Shown piece after piece: positions 29,714-42,689 of a stretch of DNA of 64,000 nucleotides (positions are counted from its first letter, which is position 1; each line of letters opens with the position of its first letter). The notes beneath the pieces were generated by a model. The model saw only the letters and a program-made list of their open reading frames with translations, was not told the DNA's origin and ran no database searches. This stretch comes from Eledone cirrhosa (lineage: Eukaryota). A program made the position numbers and the translations under genes. Location: contig OZ024763.1 of NCBI GenBank assembly GCA_964016885.1, positions 6,634,001 through 6,698,000 of the forward strand, read 5' to 3'.

Positions 29714-30916
29714 AGTAATAATAATAAATTTGAAGACTAAAATCCAAAGAGGGCTCGATAAGGAAAATATATATCAAATATATAAGAACCGTAGAGCAAA
29801 TATTTATTAAAATAACAGATTAAAGTTTAAGCAAAGAATCGCTGTTTTCACCCTTAACGGGATCTTCTGAATCTAACAAAGTCAATCTGTAAACGCAGAA
29901 CTGGATATTTCAAAAAACGTTGCAACCGGAGGAAGACAGGAAGACGATACTTTGGTTCGTGGTAACGTTCGCTGGCAAAGAACGGGAAAAAACGAATAAT
30001 ACGTCATTAATAGGAGCGGTGAAAAACAATTACGCGCAAAGACAAAACCACGTTTATGGTATAAAAGAGGTCGTAGACTAATGTTCTCTTAGGTGGTGCA
30101 TAGAGACGTTCTCTGGCAATGAACGAAAAAACGAAGATAATAAGTCTTATATGGAGCGTGGAGAACAATAGCACGCAAAGACAAAACCACGTAAATGGTA
30201 TAGCAGAAATCGTAGACTAAAATTCTAACTAGGAGACCAAATGAATCTCCGCTACAGAGTTAAGAACAAAGTAAATAAATACGATACAGAAGTAATAGAA
30301 ACAAATAAATACATACACGCAAACAGATACGTACATACACAAGCATACGCAAAACCTTACCATGGGTATACAAAACCACGCACATATAAATATGTGTGTG
30401 TGTGTGTGTGTGTGTATGCTTGTGTACAAATAAATAAATAATTATATAAACGTATATAAGTAAATAAATACGTATATAACAAGCGCACACGCATACCTAC
30501 ATATAAATACACGAATGTTCGGAGACGTAAGTCAACTAAAACAAGAAGTACACATATACACACACCCACCATACGTACGAACCTGCACACTCACGCGGAC
30601 GCAAAACTCCCGTATACACATAGCCAAACCCTAAATACCAGAATATGTAAAAATTATACGCTATAACAGTCAAATATACGTACGAGAAGGTATACATACC
30701 TTCACAACACATATGGGTAATATATACTTACCTATGCAAATAAGTAAAGGAATAAACAAAACATATACTTAGCTCCCACATCAAGACGTAAAATATCCAC
30801 GTATAGATCGTGCTACCAGTTCTGCGTTTACAGATTGACTTTGTTAGTTTCAGAAGATCCCGTTAAGGGTGAAAGCAGCGATTCTTTGCTTAAACTTTAA
30901 TCTGTTATTTTAATAA

Positions 30917-30920
<4 letters not shown>
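29710..30920 (-). mobile_element. Penelope-like family A non-coding copy with an inverted 5' terminal segment (~30816-30920)
   Basis: Matches 30991-31990 plus an extra 3' tail; the short inverted copy is a typical PLE signature. Confidence 0.88.
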
Positions 30921-30979
<59 letters not shown>

Positions 30980-30990
30980 ATGTATATATA

Positions 30991-32522
30991 TTTATTAAAA
31001 TAACAGATTAAAGTTTAAGCAAAGAATCGCTGCTTTCACCCTTAACGGGATCTTCTGAAACTAACAAAGTCAATCTGTAAACGCAGTACTGGATATTTCA
31101 AAAAACGTTGCAGCCGGAGGAAGACAGGAAGACGATACTTTGGTTCGTGGTACCGTTCGCTGGCAAAGAACGGGAAAAAACGAATATACGTCATTAATAG
31201 GAGCGGTGAAAAACAATTACGTGCAAAGACAAAACCACGTTTAGTGTATAAAAGAGGTCGTAGACTAATGTTCTCTTAGGTTTGTGCATATAGACGTTCT
31301 CTGGCAATGAACGAAAAAACGAAGATAAGTCATATATGGAGCGTGGAGAACAAAAGCACGCAAACACAAAACCACGTAAATGGTATAGCAGAAGTCGTAG
31401 ACTAAAATTCTAACTAGGAGACCAAATGAATCTCCGCTACAGAGTTAAGAACAAAGTAAATAAATACGATACAGAAGTAATAGAAACAAATAAATACATA
31501 CACGCAAACAGATACGTACATACACAAGCATACGCAAAACCTTACCATAGGTATACAAAACCACGCACATATAAATATGTGTGTATGTGTATGTTTGTGT
31601 ACAAATAAATAAATAATTATATAAACGTATATAAGTAAATAAATACGTATATAACAAGCGCACACACATACCTACATATAAATACACGAATGTTCGGAGA
31701 CGTAAGTCAACTAAAACAAGAAGTACACATATACACACACCCACCATACGTACGAACCTGCATACTCACTCGGACGCAAAACTCCCGTATACACATAGCC
31801 AAACCCTAAATACCAGAATATGTAAAAATGATACGCCATAACAGTCAAATATACGTATGAGAAGGTATACATACCTTCACAAAACATATGGGTAATATAT
31901 ACTTACCTATGCAAATAAGTAAAGGAATAAACAAAACATATACTTAGCTCCCACATCAAGACGTAAAATATCCACGTATAGATCGTGCTATCCGTTAGGG
32001 TATAACGTGGGGCTGTAATACAGGAAAGTTTTGTGCAATTTATGTTTACAAGCCGAAATTGCCTCAGATTTTTTGTTTAAGATGTGGTCTGTGGCGTAGA
32101 GTATTTCCAGGGCCTCAGCGGCGCAGAGGTCACATGGTCTTTTATTTCCGTTATACGATCTAGCCCTATCTAGGATCTCCCAGTGTAACTTATATTGGGT
32201 GTGGTTGTCTTTTAGACTCCAGATATAAGCTGAAAGTGACGTCATATTCCTTCTTAGAGGGTAACGAAAAGAATGGGTATGCATGTAAAGACGCTGCTTG
32301 AAACTATTGGCGGTTAACCCTATGTAGGCCCTACGGGACGTGGGTGTTACAACCTTACATTTGTAGACAATGTTACTAGAGAGGCATTTCCCGGATAGGG
32401 GGCAATCAGCCCGATTCCTACAATTACAGTTAGTACTAACTACAGGGCTGCACGTGTTCCTACGGCTAGGTAGTTTAGCTAAATTTGAAGCTGTGATGTT
32501 ATGTGCAAGGTTAGGAGTCGTA
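30991..32522 (-). mobile_element. Penelope-like element (family A), 5'-truncated, in (TA)n
   Basis: Contains the GIY-YIG coding end, a ~1 kb 3' region and a hammerhead motif at 31012-31062. Absent from duplication unit 2. Confidence 0.9.
31988..32521 (-). pseudogene. Penelope-like GIY-YIG endonuclease C-terminal fragment
   Basis: The frame stays open above the annotated ATG: [69 protein letters not shown]. Confidence 0.9.
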
Positions 32523-32559
32523 TATAATGTATATATATGTATATATATGTATATATATG

Positions 32560-32606
<47 letters not shown>

Positions 32607-32607
32607 G

Positions 32608-32638
<31 letters not shown>

Positions 32639-32876
32639 GTATATATATATATGTATATATATGTATATATATATATGTATATATATATATGTATATATAT
32701 ATATGTATATATATATATGTATATATATATATATGTATATATATATATGTATATATATGTATATATATATATGTATATATATATATGTATATATATATAT
32801 GTATATATATATATATGTATATATATATATGTATATATATGTATATATGTATATGTATATATATATGTATATATAT

Positions 32877-32937
<61 letters not shown>

Positions 32938-33117
32938 ATGTATATATGTATATATATAATTTATATGTATATATATGTGTGTGTGTTTATGCATTGGCTT
33001 TATAGTATCAATATTCACTTCGTTTGCAAGCAAACGGCCTCAGAACGCCATTTTGTTTTCTAGACGACCGACATCATCCTTTTGCTCCAGCGGGAAGCAG
33101 ATATGAGAGAATACATT

Positions 33118-33156
33118 GTCTTGATAAGGGGAAATAACTCCGAAACAATGGTAGAC
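33118..33156 (+). ncRNA. Minimal hammerhead with a U3-A8 core (duplicate at 40912-40950)
   Basis: GTC-TTGATAA-GGGG aaataa CTCC-GAAAC aatg GTA-GAC. Confidence 0.65.
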
Positions 33157-33904
33157 CTTTTTCTCTCTGTTACTGCTGGAGCAAAAGGATGAGGTTTTGA
33201 TAAAACAAACAGCACAAATTGAAGGACTGGGTAAAAGAAAATAATGGGATAGTGTACTCCAAGCTATGGTGTCTGACCTAAATGGAAAGCTAATCTTAGC
33301 TATGATAAAATTAAAACGATGTTTTCTCTGATCGAGACGAAGTGAGGGTGAATACGTGTAAAAATGTATAAAAATCTATTTGTGATCTTTATTTTATCAC
33401 ACACATCATAGCAGCAAAATGATTTATTTTTCTATTACATGATCCACCTTTTTAAAATGGTACTCGCAATTAAATCGTGCGAAACCATTTTGCTGGTTTG
33501 AGAGCTGATGAGGGTGAAGATGTGTGTATGTAAACTTCTTTTCTACATCACCTTTCTTTATTTCCATCTTCCTGTCACTTCTGTGGGCCAACACACTTCT
33601 CCATGTACTCCTCCTCATTCAATCTTTTCTATATTTCATCTACCTGTCACCCACCTTGTGGATTGTCTCTCTGTTGACGACTGGTCGCTGGTCTCTGTCC
33701 TCTGAGACATTATATATCATCTACCTGTCACCCACCTTGTGGATTGTCTCTCTGTTGACCACTGGTCGCTGGTCTCTGTCCTCTGAGACATTATATATCA
33801 TCTACCTGTCACCCACATTGTGGATTGTCTCTCTGTTGACCACTGGTCGCTGGTCTCTGTCCTCTGAGACATTATATTTCATCTACCTGTCACCCACCTT
33901 GTGG

Positions 33905-35233
33905 ATTTCAGTGGCTGTGATTGGCCTTTCGCAGCACTCCGCTTCGCCCCTCGAAAGACGGGGTAGACCGTCGAGGTATGGACCGAAGTCCACATCCCCG
34001 TCCGGCCCCCCGCCCCCTCCGAACAGTCGAACAAAGTGCCTTTGAAAGGCCTCGCACATCCGCTCAGGTTCAAGGATCACCCGTCCATCCTGGTCTCGCA
34101 AAGACCGAATGGTGGATTTAATCCCACTCTTGGCTTCTGTCACGCGGGCCCAGCTAACAGCTTTGGTCCCCTCGTTTCCTAAAGCACGTATTTTGCTTCG
34201 GACAACGCAGCCTTCGTGCTTCGCGTCAAAGAACTGGCTCAACGCCGTTCTCGTCGCTAACACTCTGGCTACGTCTCCGCTCCTAATCGCCTCTTCTAGT
34301 TTATCTGTTAACTCCCTTTCCTTCCTATTTCTATTCGCCGCTAGTTCCTTACTGTAACCTATCGAACTTACTCTAATCTCTCTCTTTAGAGATACCCACC
34401 ACCTGCTGTTGACGATCGCTCCCGTCAACCGCATCTTAACTAAGCTACTAATCCGGTTCCTGTAATCTTTCTTTGCCGGCAAGGACAAGTTCATCTTCCA
34501 GTAACCGGGACCCTGTCTATGCGTTCTATCAAGGTTGACCACGCAGGTCACTAATTTGTGATCTGAATAGCCAACCATGATCAGCTCTGGACAACTAAAT
34601 ACGTCCCTATCCTTACTCCTAACCAAAAACCTATCTAGGTACGATCTAGATTGTTCACTGCGGTTTGCCCAGGTCCAGGTTGGCGCAGTTGGACAATCTA
34701 GTCGAAATCTATCGACCAGGTCGAATCGATCGAGTAACCCCTTGAGGCTGCTACACCCCCCTCTATCGGGACATGCCCCTGCATAGTCCCAACGCGCATC
34801 TAGGATTCCATTCCAGTCCCCCACTAAAAGCAGGGAACGCGACGTTCCTAGAAAAGTCTCCAGACGCTGGAAGAAGTCGGCTCTTTCCGCCCCGAAGGGG
34901 GCATAAAGACCGACCAGTCTGAAAGACCCGCCTTCACCGCCTCCGACGTCCAGCACCAGTAATCGACCCCCCGGGTCCGAGTAAACAATCTGTACGTCGA
35001 GAGCCAGACGTTTATCCAGCAGTACGGCAACTCCCCCCCCCCCCGCCTCCGGGTTGACAGAGAAATGCGTGCATCTCAAAGTCATCGAAGGCGGGCGCCA
35101 GCTGTCTCACGCTGCTGATCCGACTCTCGCAAACAACCATCACATCTATACTTTGTGACCCGAGGTCATTTAGAAGCTTTGCTTGCTTCCAAGCTGAGCC
35201 CAGGCCACGCGCGTTCAAACAGCCAACTCTCAA
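33905..35233 (-). pseudogene. Tx1/L1-like LINE ORF2 N-terminus (APE endonuclease), frameshifted and cut off at the minisatellite
   Basis: MRVGCLNARGL..VCESR, GVAVLL, GRLLVLD, VGLYAP, VGDWN, SYLDRF, SDHK, GPGYWKMN. Frameshift between ORFs 35012..35233 and 33883..35085, close to the C run at ~35033-35044. Confidence 0.88.
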
Positions 35234-35238
35234 TTGAT

Positions 35239-35950
35239 CTATTTTGGTGTTGAAAGTGAAGAAAGAAAAGCACCTACCTCTCCGGGTTGTGTAATTTCCA
35301 TGGCATCAGGTGTGTTGGGTGGAGGGATGTTTTGTGGTGGTGTGGGGGTACCCGTGTGTGGTGGGGTTGGGGTATTTGGAGTTGTGTCAGGGAGAGGGGC
35401 GGTTATGGGGAAATCTTTCAAGAGGACGCGATTTAACGGTTTTAAACAGGGGGGGGGGGGGGCTCACGTCCCGTCTAAATTGTTATTTTAAGGAACGATA
35501 AAGGTCCAGAGGGACCTTTATCATTTTTAAATGGGTGAAGTTCTCTGTTGAGATAAAGTTTGGCCCTTCGGTCTGCACCATAGGGTTATTGTTTATTAAT
35601 TTAACCAGTTTTTTGTTTTCTTTATTTATATATGTGTATTGCAACGTCTTTTTTTATGATGCTGTCAATGTTTCGGAGAGGGGAGGCGCAGATTTATTTT
35701 TGTTTGTTGAGAGTGGGGTGTTTTTGATTGGAGTTGGTGTTTGTGTGTGGGTTATTTGTGGTGTGCTGGGTGTGTGTTTTCTTTTTTTTCTTTTAACTTG
35801 TCTGAAGGCTTCTCCTCCTTCTTCTTCAGAAGTTGGGGGAAACTCTTCAGCGCTAGGTGGGAGGGACGTGTTGTGTGGTTGTTTATTTTTTGCGGGAGGG
35901 GTAGATTTGTTACTGTTTTTTTTATTATTTGTTTGGAATGGGTTTTGTGG
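35239..35950 (-). mobile_element. Probable degraded LINE ORF1 C-terminal region
   Basis: Directly upstream of the APE start; Pro/Thr-rich with EEFPP..FRQVKRKKRK, typical of ORF1 tails. Confidence 0.45.
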
Positions 35951-37228
35951 TGGTTGTGGTGATGGTGGTGATGGTAATGATGATAGTGATGGTGGTGGTG
36001 TAGTGGTGTTGTTGTTGGTGTGGTGCTGGTGGTGTAGTGGTTGTGGTGGTGGTGATGGTGGTGGCGGTGTAGTGGTTGTGGTGAGGGTGGTGATGGTAAT
36101 GATGATAGTGATGGTGGTGGTGTAGTGGTGTTGTTGTTGGTGTGGTGCTGGTGGTGGCGGTGTAGTGGTTGTGGTGAGGGGGATGATGGTAATGATGATA
36201 GTGATGGTGGTGGTGTAGTGGTGTTGGTGGTGGTGATGGTGGTGGCGGTGTAGTGGTTGTGGTGATGGTGGTGATGGTAATGATGATAGTGATGGTGGTG
36301 GTGTAGTGGTGTTGTTGTTGGTGTTGTTGTTGGTGTGGTGCTGGTGGTGGCGGTGTAGTGGTTGTGGTGATGGTGGTGATGGTAATGATGATAGTGATGG
36401 TGGTGGTGTAGTGGTGTTGGTGGTGGTGATGGTGGTGGCGGTGTAGTGGTTGTGGTGATGGTGGTGATGGTAATGATGATAGTGATGGTGGTGGTGTAGT
36501 GGTGTTGTTGTTGGTGATGGTGGTGGCGGTGTAGTGGTTGTGGTGATGGTGGTGATGGTAATGATGATAGTGATGGTGGTGGTGTAGTGGTGTTGGTGGT
36601 GGTGATGGTGGTGATGACGACAGTGGTGGTGGTGATGACAATAAGGATGAACATGATAATGATGATACAACCAAATGTTATGTTAGTTATGAATGACCCC
36701 AAAGTTAAGGTTCCTTCGCAGTAAATGTTACAGTCTGGTAAGGTCCTGTAATTCCTGGTAGAGACGTAGGGCCTCCGTAGTGGCATATGATGTTTCTTGG
36801 GTACTTTAAGCCTGGCAGCGCCTATCTCCTCTCCAGTTCTCTCAATAAATACGACAGTTCAAACAGAGTATTTCATAAGAAATGTGGTAACGAAAGGGTT
36901 GAGTTTGTCTCTCAGTGAATATAGCATCTCAAATCGTATTTCATTAGAAATATGGTAACGAAAGGGTTACGTTTATCTCTCTCAGTAAATATGACAGTTC
37001 AAAGAGAGTATTTCATTAGAAATATTGTAACGAAAGGGTTACGTTTATCTCTCTCTGTAAATAGGTTAATTCAAATAGAATATTTCATTAGAAATATAGT
37101 AACGAGAGGGTTAAGTTTGTCCCTCTCTGTAAATACGTTAGTTCACATCGTATTTCATTAGAAATATGGTAACGAAAGGTTTAAGTTTCTTTGTCACTAT
37201 TTCTCTCGCAGCTTCCTCGGAGATTTAC

Positions 37229-38329
37229 TCAAGAGGAAGAGGAACTTGGTAAAACGTTGGTGGAATAACGACGACCACCAGCAATAGCAGCAGCACCTCC
37301 TCGACAACAACAACCGTGGCGGAGACAACAGATAGATCTGACTTCGGCACGGAAACTGTGGTTACAGTACCACACTATAAGAGGATTCAGTGAACTGCTG
37401 AGAAGGTAAGATCGTCTGCCAATGTTTAAAAAACTAACGACGACAGGATGGAAGGTATCGTCTGTTATTTGAGTGACCATAAAGACCGCGATGACCAAAA
37501 CACACGGTACAAAGCTAAATATGAACAACAATGTGATCAAAAAGACTTTCTTTACATTTGGTTTGCTCTTTCGGTTTATTGACGTCATAGTGGTTCGATG
37601 TTTCTCGAAAGGTCGTCTGTTGTTGGCCGGCGCCATGCTGCGTCGTGTTTTGCGCCATATTTTGCTGTAACAAACGACAGTGATGGTGATGGCTATGATA
37701 AGGATGACGAACAAGTAGGAAGAATATACATATGGGTAAATTGTGTTTTCGTACTCATCTAGATTATTGCAAAATGTGTGGTTCATTTGTTTGAAATAAA
37801 ACGGTTCGGTTTGGGTCCCGGCTATGATAATCACCGGTATACATAAAACAACAGCCACACTGACTAAAATGGCGGCAGTGACTTTAACTTGTTTTACAGT
37901 CAACTGAGACGAAATCGGGCAACAAATTCTCCGGTAGCGGTCGACTGCTATGGCGACCAGCGTGAAGCTGGAGGCTAGCATTGTAACATTGTAAATATAT
38001 CTTAGTACTTTACAGGCTATGTCAGATACAAACAGCAGTGGCATAAAGTCGTAGAGAATCATGAGCGGAGTGACTGTAAGGCAGGTGACCAGGTTTAGGA
38101 GACTTAATATAATAACGAAATAGTTCATTGGTGTAATTCTTTTCTTCATGCGACAGCCGTAGACATAGGGTATCAACCAGTTGCCCACTCCGCCAACAAT
38201 TAACATGATAAGTAAGTAGATAATAGACGGTGTGTTGTAGAGCGCCAGAGTAAAGTTAATTTCTTCGATACGTTCCGTTGTCGTTTCGTTTGATTCCGTC
38301 GACAAAAGGAAGTCGGAATCCGTCGCCAT
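37229..38329 (-). CDS. Class A GPCR, copy 2 (canonical DRY)
   Basis: 366-aa paralogue of 28306-29406 with DRYRRIC; 22 aa differences by manual comparison. Confidence 0.93.
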   Translation of the reverse strand: MATDSDFLLSTESNETTTERIEEINFTLALYNTPSIIYLLIMLIVGGVGNWLIPYVYGCRMKKRITPMNYFVIILSLLNLVTCLTVTPLMILYDFMPLLFVSDIACKVLRYIYNVTMLASSFTLVAIAVDRYRRICCPISSQLTVKQVKVTAAILVSVAVVLCIPVIIIAGTQTEPFYFKQMNHTFCNNLDEYENTIYPYVYSSYLFVILIIAITITVVCYSKIWRKTRRSMAPANNRRPFEKHRTTMTSINRKSKPNVKKVFLITLLFIFSFVPCVLVIAVFMVTQITDDTFHPVVVSFLNIGRRSYLLSSSLNPLIVWYCNHSFRAEVRSICCLRHGCCCRGGAAAIAGGRRYSTNVLPSSSSS

Positions 38330-38588
38330 ATTTGTTGTTGTTGTTCGTTTGTTACACAGTATTTGTTTCTGTTTGAAATGTTTTTTCCAGTTGAAATAAT
38401 GAAATCAGAAGTACTAGGAGCCAATCAGAAGTAATATTGTATATTTGTACGTGTTCTGAGTCTTCCACCTCTTTCGCCTCCTCCCCTCGTCTTCTCTTGT
38501 AGCCCCGCAGTGAAGGACTGTCTTGGTTGTTACTGAAAGAGATAAAAACAGAAGGAATTTATATATACATATATATATATATAGAATT

Positions 38589-38642
<54 letters not shown>

Positions 38643-38643
38643 C

Positions 38644-38696
<53 letters not shown>

Positions 38697-38699
<3 letters not shown>

Positions 38700-40073
38700 A
38701 GTAATAATAATAAATTTGAAGACTAAAATCCAAAGAGGGCTCGATAAGGAAAATATATATCAAATATATAAGAACCGTAGAGCAAATATTTATTAAAATA
38801 ACAGATTAAAGTTTAAGCAAAGAATCGCTGTTTTCACCCTTAACGGGATCTTCTGAATCTAACAAAGTCAATCTGTAAACGCAGAACTGGATATTTCAAA
38901 AAACGTTGCAACCGGAGGAGGACAGGAAGACGATACTTTGGTTCGTGGTAACGTTCGCTGGCAAAGAACGGGAAAAAACGAATAATTGTTTCTACTATTG
39001 GCACAAGGCCAGAAATTACTCAGTACATTACTGGTACTTTATTTTATCGACCCCGTAAGGATGAAAGGCAAAGTTAACCTCGGCGGGATTTGAACTCAGA
39101 ATGGCAAGGGCCGTAACTCTATGCGTCAAAGCATGGCGTCCGACCCTCTACCGATACTGCCAAAACGAATAATACGTCATTAATAGGAGCGGTGAAAAAC
39201 AATTACGCGCAAAGACAAAACCACGTTTATGGTATAAAAGAGGTCGTAGACTAATGTTCTCTTAGGTGGTGCATAGAGACGTTCTCTGGCAATGAACGAA
39301 AAAACGAAGATAATAAGTCATATATGGAGCGTGGAGAACAATAGCACGCAAAGACAAAACCACGTAAATGGTATAGCAGAAATCGTAGACTAAAATTCCA
39401 TCTAGGAGACCAAATGAATCTCCGCTACAGAGTTAAGAACAAAGTAAATAAATACAATACAGAAGTAATAGAAACAAATAAATACATACACGCAAACAGA
39501 TACGTACATACACAAGCATACGCAAAACCTTACCATGGGTATACAAAACCACGCACATATAAATATGTGTGTGTGTGTGTGTGTGTGTATGCTTGTGTAC
39601 AAATAAATAAATAATTATATAAACGTATATAAGTAAATAAATACGTATATAACAAGCGCACACGCATACCTACATATAAATACACGAATGTTCGGAGACG
39701 TAAGTCAACTAAAACAAGAAGTACACATATACACACACCCACCATACGTACGAACCTGCAAAACTCCCGTATACACATAGCCAAACCCTAAATACCAGAA
39801 TATGTAAAAATTATACGATATAACAGTCAAATATACGTACGAGAAGGTATACATACCTTCACAAAACATATGGGTAATATATACTTACCTATGCAAATAA
39901 GTAAAGGAATAAACAAAACATATACTTAGCTCCCACATCAAGACGTAAAATATCCACGTATAGATCGTGCTACCAGTTCTGCGTTTACAGATTGACTTTG
40001 TTAGTTTCAGAAGATCCCGTTAAGGGTGAAAGCAGCGATTCTTTGCTTAAACTTTAATCTGTTATTTTAATAA

Positions 40074-40078
<5 letters not shown>
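38697..40078 (-). mobile_element. Duplicated Penelope-like family A copy carrying a SINE insertion
   Basis: Paralogue of 29710-30920. Confidence 0.88.
38987..39161 (-). mobile_element. SINE with a 12-bp target-site duplication
   Basis: AAAACGAATAAT at 38975-38986 and 39162-39173; the empty site is present in the paralogue near 29989-30000. Confidence 0.95.
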
Positions 40079-40134
<56 letters not shown>

Positions 40135-40154
40135 ATGTATATATATATATAATG

Positions 40155-40745
<591 letters not shown>

Positions 40746-41428
40746 ATATATAATTTATATGTATATATATGTGTGTGTGTTTATGCATTGGCTTTATAGT
40801 ATCAATATTCACTTCGTTTGCAAGCAAACGGCCTCAGAACGCCATTTTGTTTTCTAGACGACCGACATCATCCTTTTGCTCCAGCGGGAAGCAGATATGA
40901 GAGAATACATTGTCTTGATAAGGGGAAATAACTCCGAAACAATGGTAGACCTTTTTCTCTCTGTTACTGCTGGAGCAAAAGGATGAGGTTTTGATAAAAC
41001 AAACAGCACAAATTGAAGGACTGGGTAAAAGAAAATAATGGGATAGTGTACCCCAAGCTATGGTGTCTGACCTAAATGGAAAGCTAATCTTAGCTATGAT
41101 AAAATTAAAACGATGTTTTCTCTGATCGAGACGAAGTGAGGGTGAATACGTGTAAAAATGTATAAAAATCTATTTGTGATCTTTATTTTATCACACACAT
41201 CATAGCAGCAAAATGATTTATTTTTCTATTACATGATCCACCTTTTTAAAATGGTACTCGCAATTAAATCGTGCGAAACCATTTTGCTGGTTTGAGAGCT
41301 GATGAGGGTGAAGATGTGTGTATGTAAACTTCTTTTCTACATCACCTTTCTTTATTTCCATCTTCCTGTTACTTCTGTGGGCCAACACACTTCTCCATGT
41401 ACTCCTCCTCATTCAATCTTTTCTATAT

Positions 41429-42062
41429 TTCATCTACCTGTCACCCACCTTGTGGATTGTCTCTCTGTTGACCACTGGTCGCTGGTCTCTGTCCTCTGAG
41501 ACATTATATATCATCTACCTGTCACCCACCTTGTGGATTGTCTCTCTGTTGACCACTGGTCGCTGGTCTCTGTCCTCTGAGACATTATATATCATCTACC
41601 TGTCACCCACCTTGTGGATTGTCTCTCTGTTGACCACTGGTCGCTGGTCTCTGTCCTCTGAGACATTATATATCATCTACCTGTCACCCACCTTGTGGAT
41701 TGTCTCTGTTGACCACTGGCCACTGGTCTCTGTCCTCTGAGACATTATATATCATCTACCTGTCACCCACCTTGTGGATTGTCTCTCTGTTGACCACTGG
41801 TCACTGGTCTCTGTCCTCTGAGACATTATATATCATCTACCTGTCACCCACCTTGTGGATTGTCTCTCTGTTGACCACTGGTCGCTGGTCTCTGTCCTCT
41901 GAGACATTATATATCATCTACCTGTCACCCACCTTGTGGATTGTCTCTCTGTTGACCACTGGTCGCTGGTCTCTGTCCTCTGAGACATTATATATCATCT
42001 ACCTGTCACCCACCTTGTGGATTGTCTCTCTGTTGACCACTGACCGCTGGTCTCTGTCCTCT
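41429..42062. repeat. 81-bp minisatellite, ~8 copies (~3.3 copies at 33636-33905)
   Basis: Unit tcatctacctgtcacccaccttgtggattg...gagacattatata. Confidence 0.95.
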
Positions 42063-42285
42063 CAGTCATGTTTTCCCACCGCTGTCTTTGACAACATCTA
42101 GCTGTTTTAATGGCTGTTCTAGCGATCAGTTTTCTCATTTTGACATGTATTCAACATATATTCCATTTCCGCCTCCATCTAGTTTGTCACTTTAGATGTC
42201 TCCTCTATCAACTTATCTATCTGTCTGTTTAATATATGTATAGCCCCCCTCAAAAATGTACCTAATATCACGATATGAAGGGTGT

Positions 42286-42376
<91 letters not shown>

Positions 42377-42402
42377 TAAGTGGTGTCAGCTTGAATATCA
42401 GT

Positions 42403-42479
<77 letters not shown>

Positions 42480-42512
42480 TATATACATACATACGTACAT
42501 ACACATATATAG

Positions 42513-42562
<50 letters not shown>

Positions 42563-42606
42563 GTCTGTCTCTCGATGTACATACTTACGTAAACACACAC
42601 ACGCCC

Positions 42607-42689
<83 letters not shown>

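Larger units (their letters stand above)
27480..33905. repeat. Segmental duplication, unit 1 (GPCR, Penelope-like insertion, unique block, 81-bp minisatellite)
   Basis: Near-identical to ~36120-41700; offset is 8923 bp at the GPCR. The units differ by TE insertions and microsatellite lengths. Confidence 0.9.
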
